The notes beneath the pieces were generated by a model. The model made no database searches. It saw nothing but the letters and a program-made list of their open reading frames with translations, and had not been told where the DNA came from. The position numbers were made by a program, and so were the translations under genes. A stretch of 64,000 bases of DNA from Naegleria gruberi (taxonomy: Eukaryota): the NCBI GenBank assembly GCA_000004985.1, contig GG738903.1; one strand, given 5' to 3'. Position 1 is the stretch's first letter. Every line of letters begins with the position of its first letter. Below are positions 13,038-24,400 of this stretch, one piece after another.

Positions 13038-13739
13038 ATGAAACCAGTATTATCATCTATTAGTGATCATTGTCATCTTTTCATCTCTGCTACTACTATT
13101 CTATTCTTTCTAATAATATCAATTAATGCTCAAAGTAATAATACAACACCATCATCATTTGGAAGTCATGATTTAAAAGATGGAACAGTTTCATCATTTA
13201 CTATTAATCAGGATTCTAATGGAAATTATCAATGTAATTCATTATCATTATCTCAAGTAGAATTGAAAATACAAGATAATATATTAACATTTAGTAAATC
13301 ATTATTATCAAGTGATGATAATAACAAACAAACAATATTAACTTGTTATTCAAATAATGATGATACAACAGGTGAAAAACATACATGTCAAATGGCAATT
13401 GATACTACAACAACAAGAAGTATCTGTTTGAAAATGAAGAATACACTATCTTCCGATAAGAAATTATCATTGGCAATTAATTATGATTCTAATAATTGTG
13501 CAAGTAATAATTTTGATATTCAAGCCAAGTGTTCAAATCCCACTTCATTAACAAGTGCCTCACCATTCATTATTACATTTAATTATGATGCATCATCCTC
13601 TATAAATCCTAGTACATTAGTGGGTGGCATTATTGCACTCTTTTTGTTCGGAGTTATTATTGTTGCAGGTGGAGCATTTGGTTATTGGTATTTCATTCAA
13701 AAGAGAAGAGAAAAATTATTAGCAGGTGATAATCCTTAA
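13038..13739 (+). CDS. Type I membrane glycoprotein: signal peptide, Cys-containing Ser/Thr/Asn-rich ectodomain, one TM helix and a short basic tail.
   Basis: N-terminal hydrophobic signal 'LFISATTILFFLIISINAQS'. C-terminal TM 'LVGGIIALFLFGVIIVAGGAFGYWYF' followed by 'KRREK'. Confidence 0.5.
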   Translation: MKPVLSSISDHCHLFISATTILFFLIISINAQSNNTTPSSFGSHDLKDGTVSSFTINQDSNGNYQCNSLSLSQVELKIQDNILTFSKSLLSSDDNNKQTILTCYSNNDDTTGEKHTCQMAIDTTTTRSICLKMKNTLSSDKKLSLAINYDSNNCASNNFDIQAKCSNPTSLTSASPFIITFNYDASSSINPSTLVGGIIALFLFGVIIVAGGAFGYWYFIQKRREKLLAGDNP

Positions 13740-13783
13740 TAAAAAAAGAAGCCTTCTTCCCACCAAAAATATTAAAAAACAAA

Positions 13784-14299
13784 ATGCCAACAAATAAGGA
13801 ATGCCTCAACAACCAAGCAGCAGCATCTCTCCTCCAAAGGCTTCATACAGCTTGTGACTTCCTCACCGATGAAGGAAAGCTAGAACTACTATTAACCTTT
13901 TGCCAAAGAGCAACAACAGACTCCACAACCTCTCAACATCCTAAATGGGTAAAAAGCAGTGCTTCATTCCTAAGTACTCTCAACATTGTTCCTAGGGAAT
14001 GGGATTCCAACTTTGACTTTCCAATTGATAAGCTAGAAATCATTGCAAATCATTGTGAGCAGGTGGATAGTTGGGAAAAACTTGGCAAATTAAAACAATC
14101 ACTAGCTTTATGTTTTCCCCAAAATAATGTAACCGAAAGAACTATTATGGAGTTACTTTCCTCTATCCAAAGAATGACTGAAATATTCGCAGAACCTGAT
14201 CTTGGAGAGCTAGTTGTTTCTGCTGCTATAACCACATTGTTGGGCGTATTGAAATCTATTTTCCCAGATATTAGTATGAATGGGTATGTTGCATATTGA
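13784..14299 (+). CDS. Hypothetical protein with locally elevated use of C-ending codons.
   Basis: 171-aa ATG ORF with no recognisable motif. Confidence 0.3.
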   Translation: MPTNKECLNNQAAASLLQRLHTACDFLTDEGKLELLLTFCQRATTDSTTSQHPKWVKSSASFLSTLNIVPREWDSNFDFPIDKLEIIANHCEQVDSWEKLGKLKQSLALCFPQNNVTERTIMELLSSIQRMTEIFAEPDLGELVVSAAITTLLGVLKSIFPDISMNGYVAY

Positions 14300-14555
14300 A
14301 CACTTACTCTAAACACTTGCATTTTATAGTGACAAGCAATCAAAAGTTTGTATAAGTGATGAGCTTCCTGTATTGAATATTAGAAATGATGGTTTTCTAG
14401 CAACCAAGCAAAAAGGATACAAATTTCTATTGAGAGAAGATAAATCCATAGATAAATATGTGGATTGGTGCACTACTGGAACTGATTGTTACAAGTTAAT
14501 AATGTGTATGAAGAGTTTATTAAGGTAAATGTTCTCAATTTGATTTTATTCTGAC

Positions 14556-15759
14556 ATGGAAAGAGACAACATGCAACATTTTAACTTTACAAAGGAACTA
14601 ATGATGAAACATAGTAAGGTAATGGGATTGTCTTATCTCAAAAGTGTAGCATATCTATTCATTTTAGAGGCTTCTTTTACTGAAACTGACCTCTCTATAA
14701 TGCCTACATACTCTCTGTATTTTAAAGAATATTCCATGTCAGAGGAGATTGAAATATTAAAGTTATGGCTGGATATTGCTTTCTTCATTGAAAATCATGC
14801 ACCTAGGAGATCCACATTCACAGTGAAGCCATTTAGACCTAGCAGTAGTGAAACACCACTAAAAAACCTCAAGCTATTAGGAGGTGATGTGATGCTTTCA
14901 ACTAACACAGAAAAGAACAGAATAACATCCCACAGAAAGATGAAAAAATACAAGCCTATTATTTCTCGTGTGAAAAATCACCATGATATAGTCATTGTAA
15001 GGAATATCTCTGTATTCAAAGAAGTGGGTGAAGAAGAGAGAAGAATTATACTCAAATTAATGAACAGAGATGAATACTGTCTCTACTTGCCCATTGTACT
15101 AAATATATATGCTAAGGATGTGGAATTTGAACATCTCCACTCACTCCCTTCTGACCATTTAGATGATAACTTTTTGTTAATGATGGCCTGTCACATTTCC
15201 ATTGCATTGAAATACCTTCACGCCAACAACATTGTACATAGAGATGTGAAACCATCCAATACTATGATAAGACCATTCAATAATCCAACATCATTGTTAT
15301 GGATTGTATTGATAGACTTTGGTTTAAGCTTTGAAATGGTAAAAGAACAAGGTGAATGCTATCAATTAAGTAGCAGTGAAGGTAAGAAAACTCTGGTCAA
15401 TGAAAATGTTGGTACTTACCTTTTCCAAGCTCCAGAAGTTCATAAAAAGCAAAACTATGATGAAAAGATTGACATTTACAGTCTTGGGGCTACTTTATTG
15501 TATCTCAAAAACAAGACCTCATATGAAATAATCTGTAAAAAAGACGAATTTGATCTTCAAGTTGATATGCAAACACTCCAATGGGATGATTTTAAATTTG
15601 GGAAAAAATATTGGAAATGGTTAATGAAGATCCAAAGAAAAGACCTTCAGCTCAAGAGCTTGCCGATTATTTTACTACTCTTTACAACAACCCACAAACA
15701 ACAAACGCAGAAACTAAAGACCAAGAAGATTTCGAAATGCTTTATGATCAAGAAAGATA
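14556..15759 (+). CDS. Divergent protein kinase, possibly a pseudokinase, with a frameshift at an A6 homopolymer near 15608..15613. The conserved kinase C-terminus continues in the +2 frame to a TAA at ~15757..15759.
   Basis: Motifs 'HRDVKPSNTMI', 'DFGLSF', 'GTYLFQAPEV' and 'DIYSLGATLLYL' are present. After the shift the sequence reads '...LEMVNEDPKKRPSAQELADYF...', a typical kinase subdomain XI. The Gly-loop and VAIK Lys are not evident. Confidence 0.55.
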
Positions 15760-16439
15760 AGAAGGTTAGCAAACAAATTGAAGATATTGGAATAACATTT
15801 ATAACATTGCCTTATTGGAATGAATCCTGTTGGAATATTTTCAAATGGTAAAGGTGTCAAATCTTTCCAAAACTTTAAAACCAATTGAGACATTTGAAAG
15901 ATTGACAACTCTTTCTACCCAAAAATTCATAATTCCATTTGCAACTCTACTTCTTTTTTCCTTAATTCTCAAATCTTTTGCCAATCTTTGCAAAAATTGA
16001 GTTGACTTCTTTTTGATTTTCATAATCTTTTAAAATTTGTTTACAAAATCTTACAATGGATTGATCATATTTTACAAATAAATTATGGAAAATTTGATTA
16101 TTCTGAATAGATTGAGTGTAAATCTCCATTTCATATTTGAATTGTTCACTGAAAATTTTAAATTCCATTACAATTTCATACAATTTCATGATGATCAATT
16201 GATTGATCAATAATCAAGTTTAAATCTTGACCAATTCGTTCAAAATCACTTTCTCTAAACCAAACTCTTCCCAAATCTTTATCAGATTACAATAGAAACA
16301 CCTCCTTTATCAAATGGGTTTGATTATTCTACTAACCTGACACCTGATATTTCATTACCCAATTACAACAACGTGATCGGTATTATGTATTAATGAGAAG
16401 GAATTAAATAATATTTAAAATAAAAAAATGTCTGAAGAT

Positions 16440-17180
16440 TGGGTTTGTGTTTTGTGATGCGATTTTATTAATGGGTGTGATGACCATCACAAATAACAGG
16501 CCGATAGGACGTATGTGTTGGAAGCTGTTAAACAACGTGGAAATGCGCTTGAATATGTAGACGAATCATTTAAATAAAGCCGATAGAGAAATTGTGTTGG
16601 AAGCTGTTAAACAAAATGGATGAGCACTTGAATATGTTGATTCATCATTTAAAAAAGATAGAGAATTTGTATTGGAAGCTGTAAAACATAATGGATGAGC
16701 ACTTTAATATGTTGATTCATCATTGAAAAAAGATAGAGAAATTGTATTGGAAGCTGTTAAACATAATGGATCAGCACTTAAATATGCTGATTCATTATTG
16801 AAAAGAGATAGAGAAATTGTATTGGAATCTGTTAAACATAATGGATCAGCACTTAAATATGTTGATTCTTCATTGAAAAAAGATAGAGAAATTGTATTGG
16901 AATCTGTTAAACAAAATGGATCAGCACTTCAATATGCTGATTTATTATTGAAAAAAGATAGAGAAATTGTATTGGAAGCTGTTAAACAAGATGGATTGGC
17001 ACTTGAATATGCTTATTTTCAAAATGACAGAGAAATTGTATTGGAATCTGTTAAACAAAATGGATCAGCACTTGTATATGCTGATTCATTATTTAAAAGA
17101 GATAGAGAAATTGTATTGGAAGCTGTTAAACAACATGAATTGGCACTTGAATATGCTGATTCATCTTTACAAAGAGATAT
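16440..17180 (+). repeat. Tandem array of about seven 102-bp (34-aa) DUF4116-like repeats. The 5'-most copies (16440..16720) carry in-frame TGA and TAA stops and a frameshift.
   Basis: Repeats read '...DREIVLE(A/S)VK(H/Q)NGSAL(K/Q/E)YADSLLKK'. Copies are near-identical at the nucleotide level. The upstream copies read 'ggatgagcac' where the intact copies read 'ggatcagcac'. Confidence 0.8.
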
Positions 17181-18981
17181 CATTTTTATATATTCACTTG
17201 TTAAATTGAACAAAGAAAATACAAGAAGCTTCTCACCCTCTATAACCAAAACCATTGAAGAAGCCAACATTAATCTTCAGAGAAAGCTGTCAAGCAATAT
17301 AATTGAACAGCAATACTCCAAAATATTTATGGATGAAAAGGATTTATATTATGCTATTGAATTAACAAGTCTCTTTAATCCAACACCAAAAGGTACAATA
17401 TTCAATTTCAATTCTATCTATACACCAATATTTGTTGAAAAGTTGATTATTTTCCAAATATTGAAACGAATGAACCATTCAGAATTATCCACTGAAACTC
17501 TTCTTTCAGCCAACTATTATTTATTTTGTTTCAGATTGGACAAATTTCTTGAAGATAATCCTTCTCAATCAACAAGAATGAAAGATTTGAAGAATATTGT
17601 GGAACAAGTTGCAACAAATTTTGAAACATTATTTTATACAAAACAGGAAATTAATGAAATTATGATTTTTTCCAACAAGTGGTTTGAAAATGAGCAAACA
17701 TTTGAGAATTACAAACAAATAGTGTGTAAATATAACGAGGTGAGAGGAGATTTATCAAAAGTATTCAAAGCTCTCAATTATTTCTATAATTATTTCAAAT
17801 ATAATTATGATTTCATTTCAGTATTAGGATATGGAGGTGAAGGTGTTGCATTTAAAGTATTTCATAAAAGTAGTAAATCATTAAGGGCATTAAAATTAAA
17901 ATATGACCCAGAGGAATCTGAAGAATCAACAAAAGAAACCATTAATTTATTGAAAAGAACAGATATTGAAGGAAAGATCAAATGTTTTGATTGTGAAATT
18001 ATTCAAAATCATTTATATTCAGTGATGGAACTTGGAGAGGAATCATTATCAAATTATATTTATAGAAATAATCAAGATGGAATTTATAGAAATGGATTCA
18101 TTAAGAAGGAAAAGTTGATTGAAATTCTTGAAATATTTATCAAAGTATTAAACTCAGTCAAATCAATTCATGATCACAATATTTTACACAGAGATTTAGA
18201 TCCTCAAAATATTGTCAAAGTTCAAGATTTATACAAAATAATTGATTTTGAAACATCAAGAGTTATCAAGACAGGTAATTCAATTACAATTGCTCGTGGA
18301 AAGTTTGCATACATGTCTCCTGAAGTTTCACATGATAATTATTCTGATGATTTATTGAAAAGTGGTAATGATGAAAAGCTTGCTCACAATGTTGGACAAA
18401 TTACCATTTCATGTGATATATTCTCTTTGGGATGTATTTTATTGAAATTATTGACAAATTGTCCATTACAATTATGTTCAACATTTGTTAATGATTCAGC
18501 CATCTCTAAATATAATGATAATTATCCATATTTTAGTGGGCATGGAAAATATTTCTATACAGTTGTAACAAATACTGAGGGAGAAATGAAATTACATTAT
18601 GCAATTGAAAAACTAATCAATGAAACCATTAATCCAGATTTAGGAGTGAACAGCATATTAATTAGAAGCATTATTAGCATGATTCAAAGAGAGTCATCAA
18701 AAAGATTAGATTGTTATTCTCACAAGTTAACAATTGAGAATATTTTGAAATTTTTGAAAGATGAAATCAAAGATATCACTTTGAATATTGAAAAACAAGT
18801 TGGCGAATTGAAGAAAATCTCACCATTAAGAAGTTACTCTCAACTTGCAGAGGAAGTTGATAAACTTGCAGAGGAAAACACCAACCTATATAAACTTTTG
18901 GATGAAAACACCAGGGAAAATAGCAACCTATTAGAAAGAATTAAAATGTTGGAAGAAGAAATAAGAAAACTCAAACAATAA
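16723..18981 (+). CDS. Protein kinase with an N-terminal array of DUF4116-like 34-aa repeats and a C-terminal coiled-coil. The true start is uncertain: no in-frame ATG for ~200 codons, and the ORF-track start is a TTG.
   Basis: Kinase motifs 'GYGGEGVAFKV', 'LHRDLDPQNIV', 'DFETSRV' and 'YMSPEV'. Terminal heptad-like 'LAEEVDKLAEENTNLYKLLDENTRENSNLLERIKMLEEEIRKLKQ'. Confidence 0.7.
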   Translation: MKKDREIVLEAVKHNGSALKYADSLLKRDREIVLESVKHNGSALKYVDSSLKKDREIVLESVKQNGSALQYADLLLKKDREIVLEAVKQDGLALEYAYFQNDREIVLESVKQNGSALVYADSLFKRDREIVLEAVKQHELALEYADSSLQRDIIFIYSLVKLNKENTRSFSPSITKTIEEANINLQRKLSSNIIEQQYSKIFMDEKDLYYAIELTSLFNPTPKGTIFNFNSIYTPIFVEKLIIFQILKRMNHSELSTETLLSANYYLFCFRLDKFLEDNPSQSTRMKDLKNIVEQVATNFETLFYTKQEINEIMIFSNKWFENEQTFENYKQIVCKYNEVRGDLSKVFKALNYFYNYFKYNYDFISVLGYGGEGVAFKVFHKSSKSLRALKLKYDPEESEESTKETINLLKRTDIEGKIKCFDCEIIQNHLYSVMELGEESLSNYIYRNNQDGIYRNGFIKKEKLIEILEIFIKVLNSVKSIHDHNILHRDLDPQNIVKVQDLYKIIDFETSRVIKTGNSITIARGKFAYMSPEVSHDNYSDDLLKSGNDEKLAHNVGQITISCDIFSLGCILLKLLTNCPLQLCSTFVNDSAISKYNDNYPYFSGHGKYFYTVVTNTEGEMKLHYAIEKLINETINPDLGVNSILIRSIISMIQRESSKRLDCYSHKLTIENILKFLKDEIKDITLNIEKQVGELKKISPLRSYSQLAEEVDKLAEENTNLYKLLDENTRENSNLLERIKMLEEEIRKLKQ

Positions 18982-19401
18982 ACTCCCAACACACAAAATG
19001 TAAGTTCCACAAACAACTATGCGAAATGAAATATATTGATTTCAAACTGGGCCATTAGAACTTGAATAGTTTGTTCACTTGAAAGGTTAAATTGAAATAA
19101 ATCATTTCCCTACGTGATTTCTCTTGTAATGGTTAACTTGTGAGAATAACAATCCAATCTTTTTGAGTGGCATTTGGGGAAATTTCCCATGTTTGTTGCA
19201 TTCAAATAACATTGTATTGAGAACATCCCTTTCGTGATAATCGTTATTGGTACAATTCGTGAAAGATCAGTAAGTGTTTCAGTTTCGAATAATGATTTAT
19301 TTCAGCCAACGAAACAACATAAACCAAAACCGAAACATTTCTCTGCAAGCAGAAATTCCACTTTTTTCTTTCACTTGTTTTTCCACCTGCAGTGACAAAT
19401 G

Positions 19402-20080
19402 TCACTTTCTTGTCATCAAAATTAATGCCATACTCTGTACACTACAAACTACACACCTCAGAAAGATACTAAAACAAAAAATTAGTGTGAAACAAAAAAC
19501 ATGTGCGACGAGAAAAGCAAGCCAAAAAGAATCGTTTCCTAATCCTTGCTTTAGGTGCGAAAAGATTGTAGTGATTCCAGAAGAATTTCCCTTAATCTTA
19601 ATGTAAATATCTGGAATGAAACTCTCATGATTCTTGAGTTTCCTTACAAAAATGTCAACATTTTCGAATAAATTGAGAGAATCTTGACAGCTATTTCTTA
19701 TCATATATGTTCATAATGAGTTTGATAATTTTTGAATCACTTGAAGGAGTGAATCAAAGAAGGTTTGGCTAGAAATCTCTCTCCAAGCAAATACATAGTC
19801 CAATATTACTACCTCTATATGTATTATTTCATCTAGTGGAAGAATTCTCTTTCTTAATTTTCTCTCCTTTCCCAAAGATAATTTTTTTCAAAGAAGCTCT
19901 TGAATTCTCTTCTCTCTGAATATCATCCATTGAAAGTGAATCAACTAGCTGACATTCTTTCCATACTTTTGTATCAATATCAAACACTTCAGTATCTCTG
20001 AATCTGGCATAACAATCGGTTCCTCCATGTAGAATGAGATATTCATATTGAGAATCAAAGTTATGATTAATATTAGACAT
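19402..20080 (-). CDS. Possible multi-exon gene with one Kelch-like motif. The structure is unresolved.
   Basis: 'YEYLILHGGTDCYARF...FDIDTKVWKE' resembles a Kelch blade. The downstream ORF 19402..19704 lies on the same strand. Confidence 0.25.
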
Positions 20081-20150
20081 CCGGGGAACGAAGTCGGGTT
20101 GGGCGACTTTGGCCTAACTCAGGTCGGGCGACTTCGGGTGAGATAGGGTT
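20081..20150. other. About 70-bp GC-rich (~62% G+C) imperfect-palindromic element in an AT-rich locus, between the stop of the 20114 gene and the start of the 19829 ORF.
   Basis: 'ccggggaacgaagtcgggttgggcgactttggcctaactcaggtcgggcgacttcgggtg' contains paired aagtcg/cgactt arms. Confidence 0.5.
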
Positions 20151-21145
20151 ACAAATATTTTCTCTAAATATGAATCCAACTCAGTTTCTTCTTTTGCCTC
20201 CAAATTTTTAAATTCTTCCTCTTTTTGAGCAATAAAGCATACTAAGTTTTCATTCATCTTTTCGAGTTGAGCTATGTAAACTTGTAGATTTTCTTCCAAA
20301 AACTTGATTCTAATTGCTACCCTTTCCTCAAATAACTGACGACTCAAGGTTATCTCTTGCATTTCATTGGCATAAACAGATTTCGAACTTTCTAATAAGG
20401 CTTGAACTTGCTTGCTTACTTCTTTAGTCTTTGGCATATCCTTATTCTTTTGATTTTCATCATAATCTATACTATCTTTCATATCACGTTTCAATTTTAC
20501 CATAACTTGCTTGTTGATATCAACTTTGGGAATAGTTGACTTGGGTTCTTCAGACTTCAATGGACTTTTATGAGTGCTCATTGGACTATCATGAGTGTTC
20601 ACTGGACTATCATGAGTATTCTTTGGATTCTCATTAGTCTTCAACATACTATCCTCCATCTTTCTTTGTTTAAGTGTTGGACTTTCTTTTGCATCATCAA
20701 CATATTTTCGCTTTTTCTCGTGCACTTGTTTAATTTGGATGGCAGAATAATTTACATCCAAATCTTCATCAGTATCATCACTTTGATTGCTTTTTTCAAG
20801 TGTGATTTTTTGTCCTCTTTGCAATTCTAATTTTAGTACTCTTTCAATATAATTTCTCTTTTCAGCAAAGTAATTTGATAACATTTTGACAATAATTTCA
20901 TTACTCTTCGGAATCTTGGTTTTCTTTGGCAATTTTTCACACATTCTCGGGCCTTTGGCTGTAGGAAATCCTTTGAAATTCTTGTTGTTAATTGTAAATT
21001 GTTCAAAATCTTCATATATTGTTTTTGTGATTCCGAATGATGTTAACGGTTTTGATGAAAATATTTTATCATCAAGAATTTCTTTGTGGTATTTATAGAG
21101 TTCGTCACAAAAGTGTTGAAATAAATCCCATTTTTGTGTAGACAT
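20114..21145 (-). CDS. Member A of a two-member paralogous family in this window. The N-terminal domain is conserved and the C-terminal half is Lys/Glu-rich and predicted coiled-coil. Function unknown.
   Basis: 'KNFKGFPT...IPKSNEIIVKMLSNYFAEKRNYIERVLKLELQRGQKITL' aligns with the 50599..51600 protein. The start was re-set to the Met of 'MSTQKWDLFQHFCDELY'. Confidence 0.55.
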   Translation of the reverse strand: MSTQKWDLFQHFCDELYKYHKEILDDKIFSSKPLTSFGITKTIYEDFEQFTINNKNFKGFPTAKGPRMCEKLPKKTKIPKSNEIIVKMLSNYFAEKRNYIERVLKLELQRGQKITLEKSNQSDDTDEDLDVNYSAIQIKQVHEKKRKYVDDAKESPTLKQRKMEDSMLKTNENPKNTHDSPVNTHDSPMSTHKSPLKSEEPKSTIPKVDINKQVMVKLKRDMKDSIDYDENQKNKDMPKTKEVSKQVQALLESSKSVYANEMQEITLSRQLFEERVAIRIKFLEENLQVYIAQLEKMNENLVCFIAQKEEEFKNLEAKEETELDSYLEKIFVTLSHPKSPDLS

Positions 21146-21452
21146 TTTTTTTTGCCAGGTTTGAGATAATGGTCGGCTTAGAACTAGGAGGAACAACAAG
21201 TGTCATTTGTGTTCGTTGAGAAGGAACTTGACCTAATTGTTGTTCTGAGGTAAATTTTCTATAGGGAATGAGAGGATGAACATTAGGTGCTTCTAATGGG
21301 GTTGTGGTACTAGCAGCTAAAGTTGGTGAGGTTATTGGTGATGATGGTAGTAGAATTCCCATCATTTTACCTGATTAAGGCAAATTATTAAAGTTGATTA
21401 ATTTGCAACAAAATATTAGCCCACTTGAATAACATTAAAAAAGAGTAACAAT

Positions 21453-24400
21453 TTAATAATAGTTGATTAAGCATACAATGATAACAACAAATAATACCAT
21501 CATAATCATTGAATGTTTTAACATTGAGGAAGAATTGAGTGTAATAGTAGTTGATGTCATTAAATCAGAAGGTGATGGTTGAATTGGTGAAGGTTGTTGT
21601 TGTTGGTTATTAAAAAATCTTAGAATATCAAATGAATGATAACTTTCAACAACTGAAGAAGAAGCCAATTGATTTCTACTTGTTCTTCTACTGGAAATTC
21701 CATCATTTGTTAGAATAGTTTCTGTATGAATGAAACAATCATTAACACTTCCAAATGTAGAATTGGAAAACATTTGTGAAGTTAATTTAAAACTAAATGC
21801 AATTTGATTATTAACAAATGGGAATTTGATAATTGTTGATTCATATTGAGATATTTCACTTTGATTTCTAACAAGTTGAATCCAACTAGTCATTAATGAA
21901 GGATTGTAAACAGTACATCCTAGTTGACCATTTGTTAAATCAAATGTTGGCATTGATCGACCTGAACTAACACAACACAAATAAGAATTCTTAATAGAAA
22001 TTCTAACTGTACTTTGTAATGAAGCTGCCTTTCCTTCAGTATCTACAACCTTTACAACAACATGTGGCTTTTCAGATAATTGAAATAAATTCTTTGATTC
22101 CTTGAAATTATCAGAAAATAAACTCAATTGAGTTAAAAGTTTAAATTCTGAAGGAGGTGGATTAATTGGCATGTAATACGAAAGTGAAATAATTAATGGT
22201 ACTTGATATAAATCACCCTCTGGAGATTTAACATAAACTTGGAATGTGAAATCACCTGAATAGTAATTTAAATATTCTCTTGCTATAATTGTCATGTAAT
22301 ATTCACCATTTGATTTGAATTGTAATGAAATATCAAATGACACATTGTGATTTGGTTCTGACTTGCTAAATGAAACACTTTCAATGAAGGCTTTTTGTGA
22401 GAATAAAGTACCTGAAACTTTCAATTTGTTATTCGAAACTGACAGTAATTCTCTTCTGAATGAAATTTGACTAATTGAACTATTTGAATTAACAACACCC
22501 ATATCAATATATTGATGAGATGAAAGTAATAACTTGATTTGATGATCAACTTTGTAATTTGTAATTTGACAATAATTATTATTAGAAATTAAACTAATGT
22601 AAATTGGAACTGTCAAGGTAAGAACAACTCCAGAAGAATCTAATTGTTGAGTGACTCTTGAATCAGAAATCAAATCAGAAATAGAAGTAGAAATAGAATA
22701 TTGAGTTTCACATGTCAATTGACTTGTAGAATTTGTGACAAGATCAGTAACATTTCTTTCACAAGTAGAAATTTCAGAGAATGATAATCTTGTCATGTTT
22801 GTAGATCTTGAAAGAATATTAGAAACTGAAATGGTATACATAATCTTTGAAGATCCTAAATTTGTAACTGAAACCTTTGGCGGAGAATTAATAAACGAAA
22901 GACAATTCTCCGTCTGAATTTCACACATTGAACCACTTGAATATGGAGGACATGTGAGACAAGATGTGGAATTGATACAACTTTCACATGTAGATGGACA
23001 AGTATTACTGCAATCTGAACCATATAATCCATTAAAACATTTAGAACATTGATTTGGAGATGAACATGCAATGCAATTCTCATTACAAACTGGAATTTGA
23101 CATGTTGGACCTGTCCATCCAGATCTACATGTTGAACATGATACCTCTGATGAACATGATTTGCAATTAGATGGGCATATAATATTACAATAACTTCCAT
23201 AATATCCTTCGTTACATTCTAAACAATCACCTGTACTTGTTGAACAGGTTGCACAATTGGAAACTTTACAAACTTTCTCATTACAATATTGACCTTTCAA
23301 ACCATCTAAACACTTATTACATGTTTCACTTGATGAACATACTTCACAATTAACTAAACATTTGAGTCTACATAATTTAGAAGTATCATAAAATCCACTC
23401 TTACATGATTGACAATTAGATGCAGATGGAAGACAATTAGAAACTGAACTAATCTCACAATTAGTACCATTATATCCATTTGGACATGAACAATTATTAG
23501 GTGAGAGACATGAACCAATACCAGAACAAACACTTGCAACATCAGCTCTCTTTCCACCACAAATTGGAACTTCACAATTAATTCCTGCATAACCTGTTTT
23601 ACAATAACACATATCAAGCTCTTCACAAATTCCGTTTCCACTACATACATTAGGATCTGAATCAAATAATCCATTACACATGGTTGGTGAATAAATCATA
23701 TTTCCAATAACTTGCTTTCCAACACCACCTCCCCATAAAGAACCTGAAGTGGATGGATTTGCTGCTGGATATGGAAATTTATAGAAAGGTCCTACAATGT
23801 AATTATTACCATTATATGCTGTGAACATGAGAGAGTTATATTCTATAAAAGTTATTCTAGTGATTCTCTCAGTTGTTCCAATGAATGATGTAGATAAGAG
23901 TGTTGGATAGGAAACTCTTGGTAGTAATGAACTCCAGGAACCTGTGTAAAATATTTTGCCACTCTCCATTAGATACATCACAACATTTTGTGAAAAAGAA
24001 ATGGACAGGAGAATTTCACTTCCAAAAGTAGTAATGTCTAATTCTAGTGGTGAATACTGACAAAGTCCAGTATTTGTACCGTAGTAATTATCAGAAATTG
24101 GACCCCAAGCAAATAATTTTCTTGATTCTCTACTGTAAGCGAAACATAAATTTTGTAAAGAATAGCAAGAAAGGTATGAAATTTTGTGTGGGATAGCCAA
24201 TTTTGTAAAGTTTGTTTTGTAAACTCCAAAAAATCCACTTGGATAACAACCAGCAACAGATAATTCACCAAAAGATCTAACATTTCCTTCTTTAGTCAAA
24301 AAAAAGGAATAGAAATAATTTGTTTGAACATCAATAAATGTCTCATTAATTCCAGTATTGTAAACCATTGTTGGAGAATTAGGGAATGAAGGATAACTTT

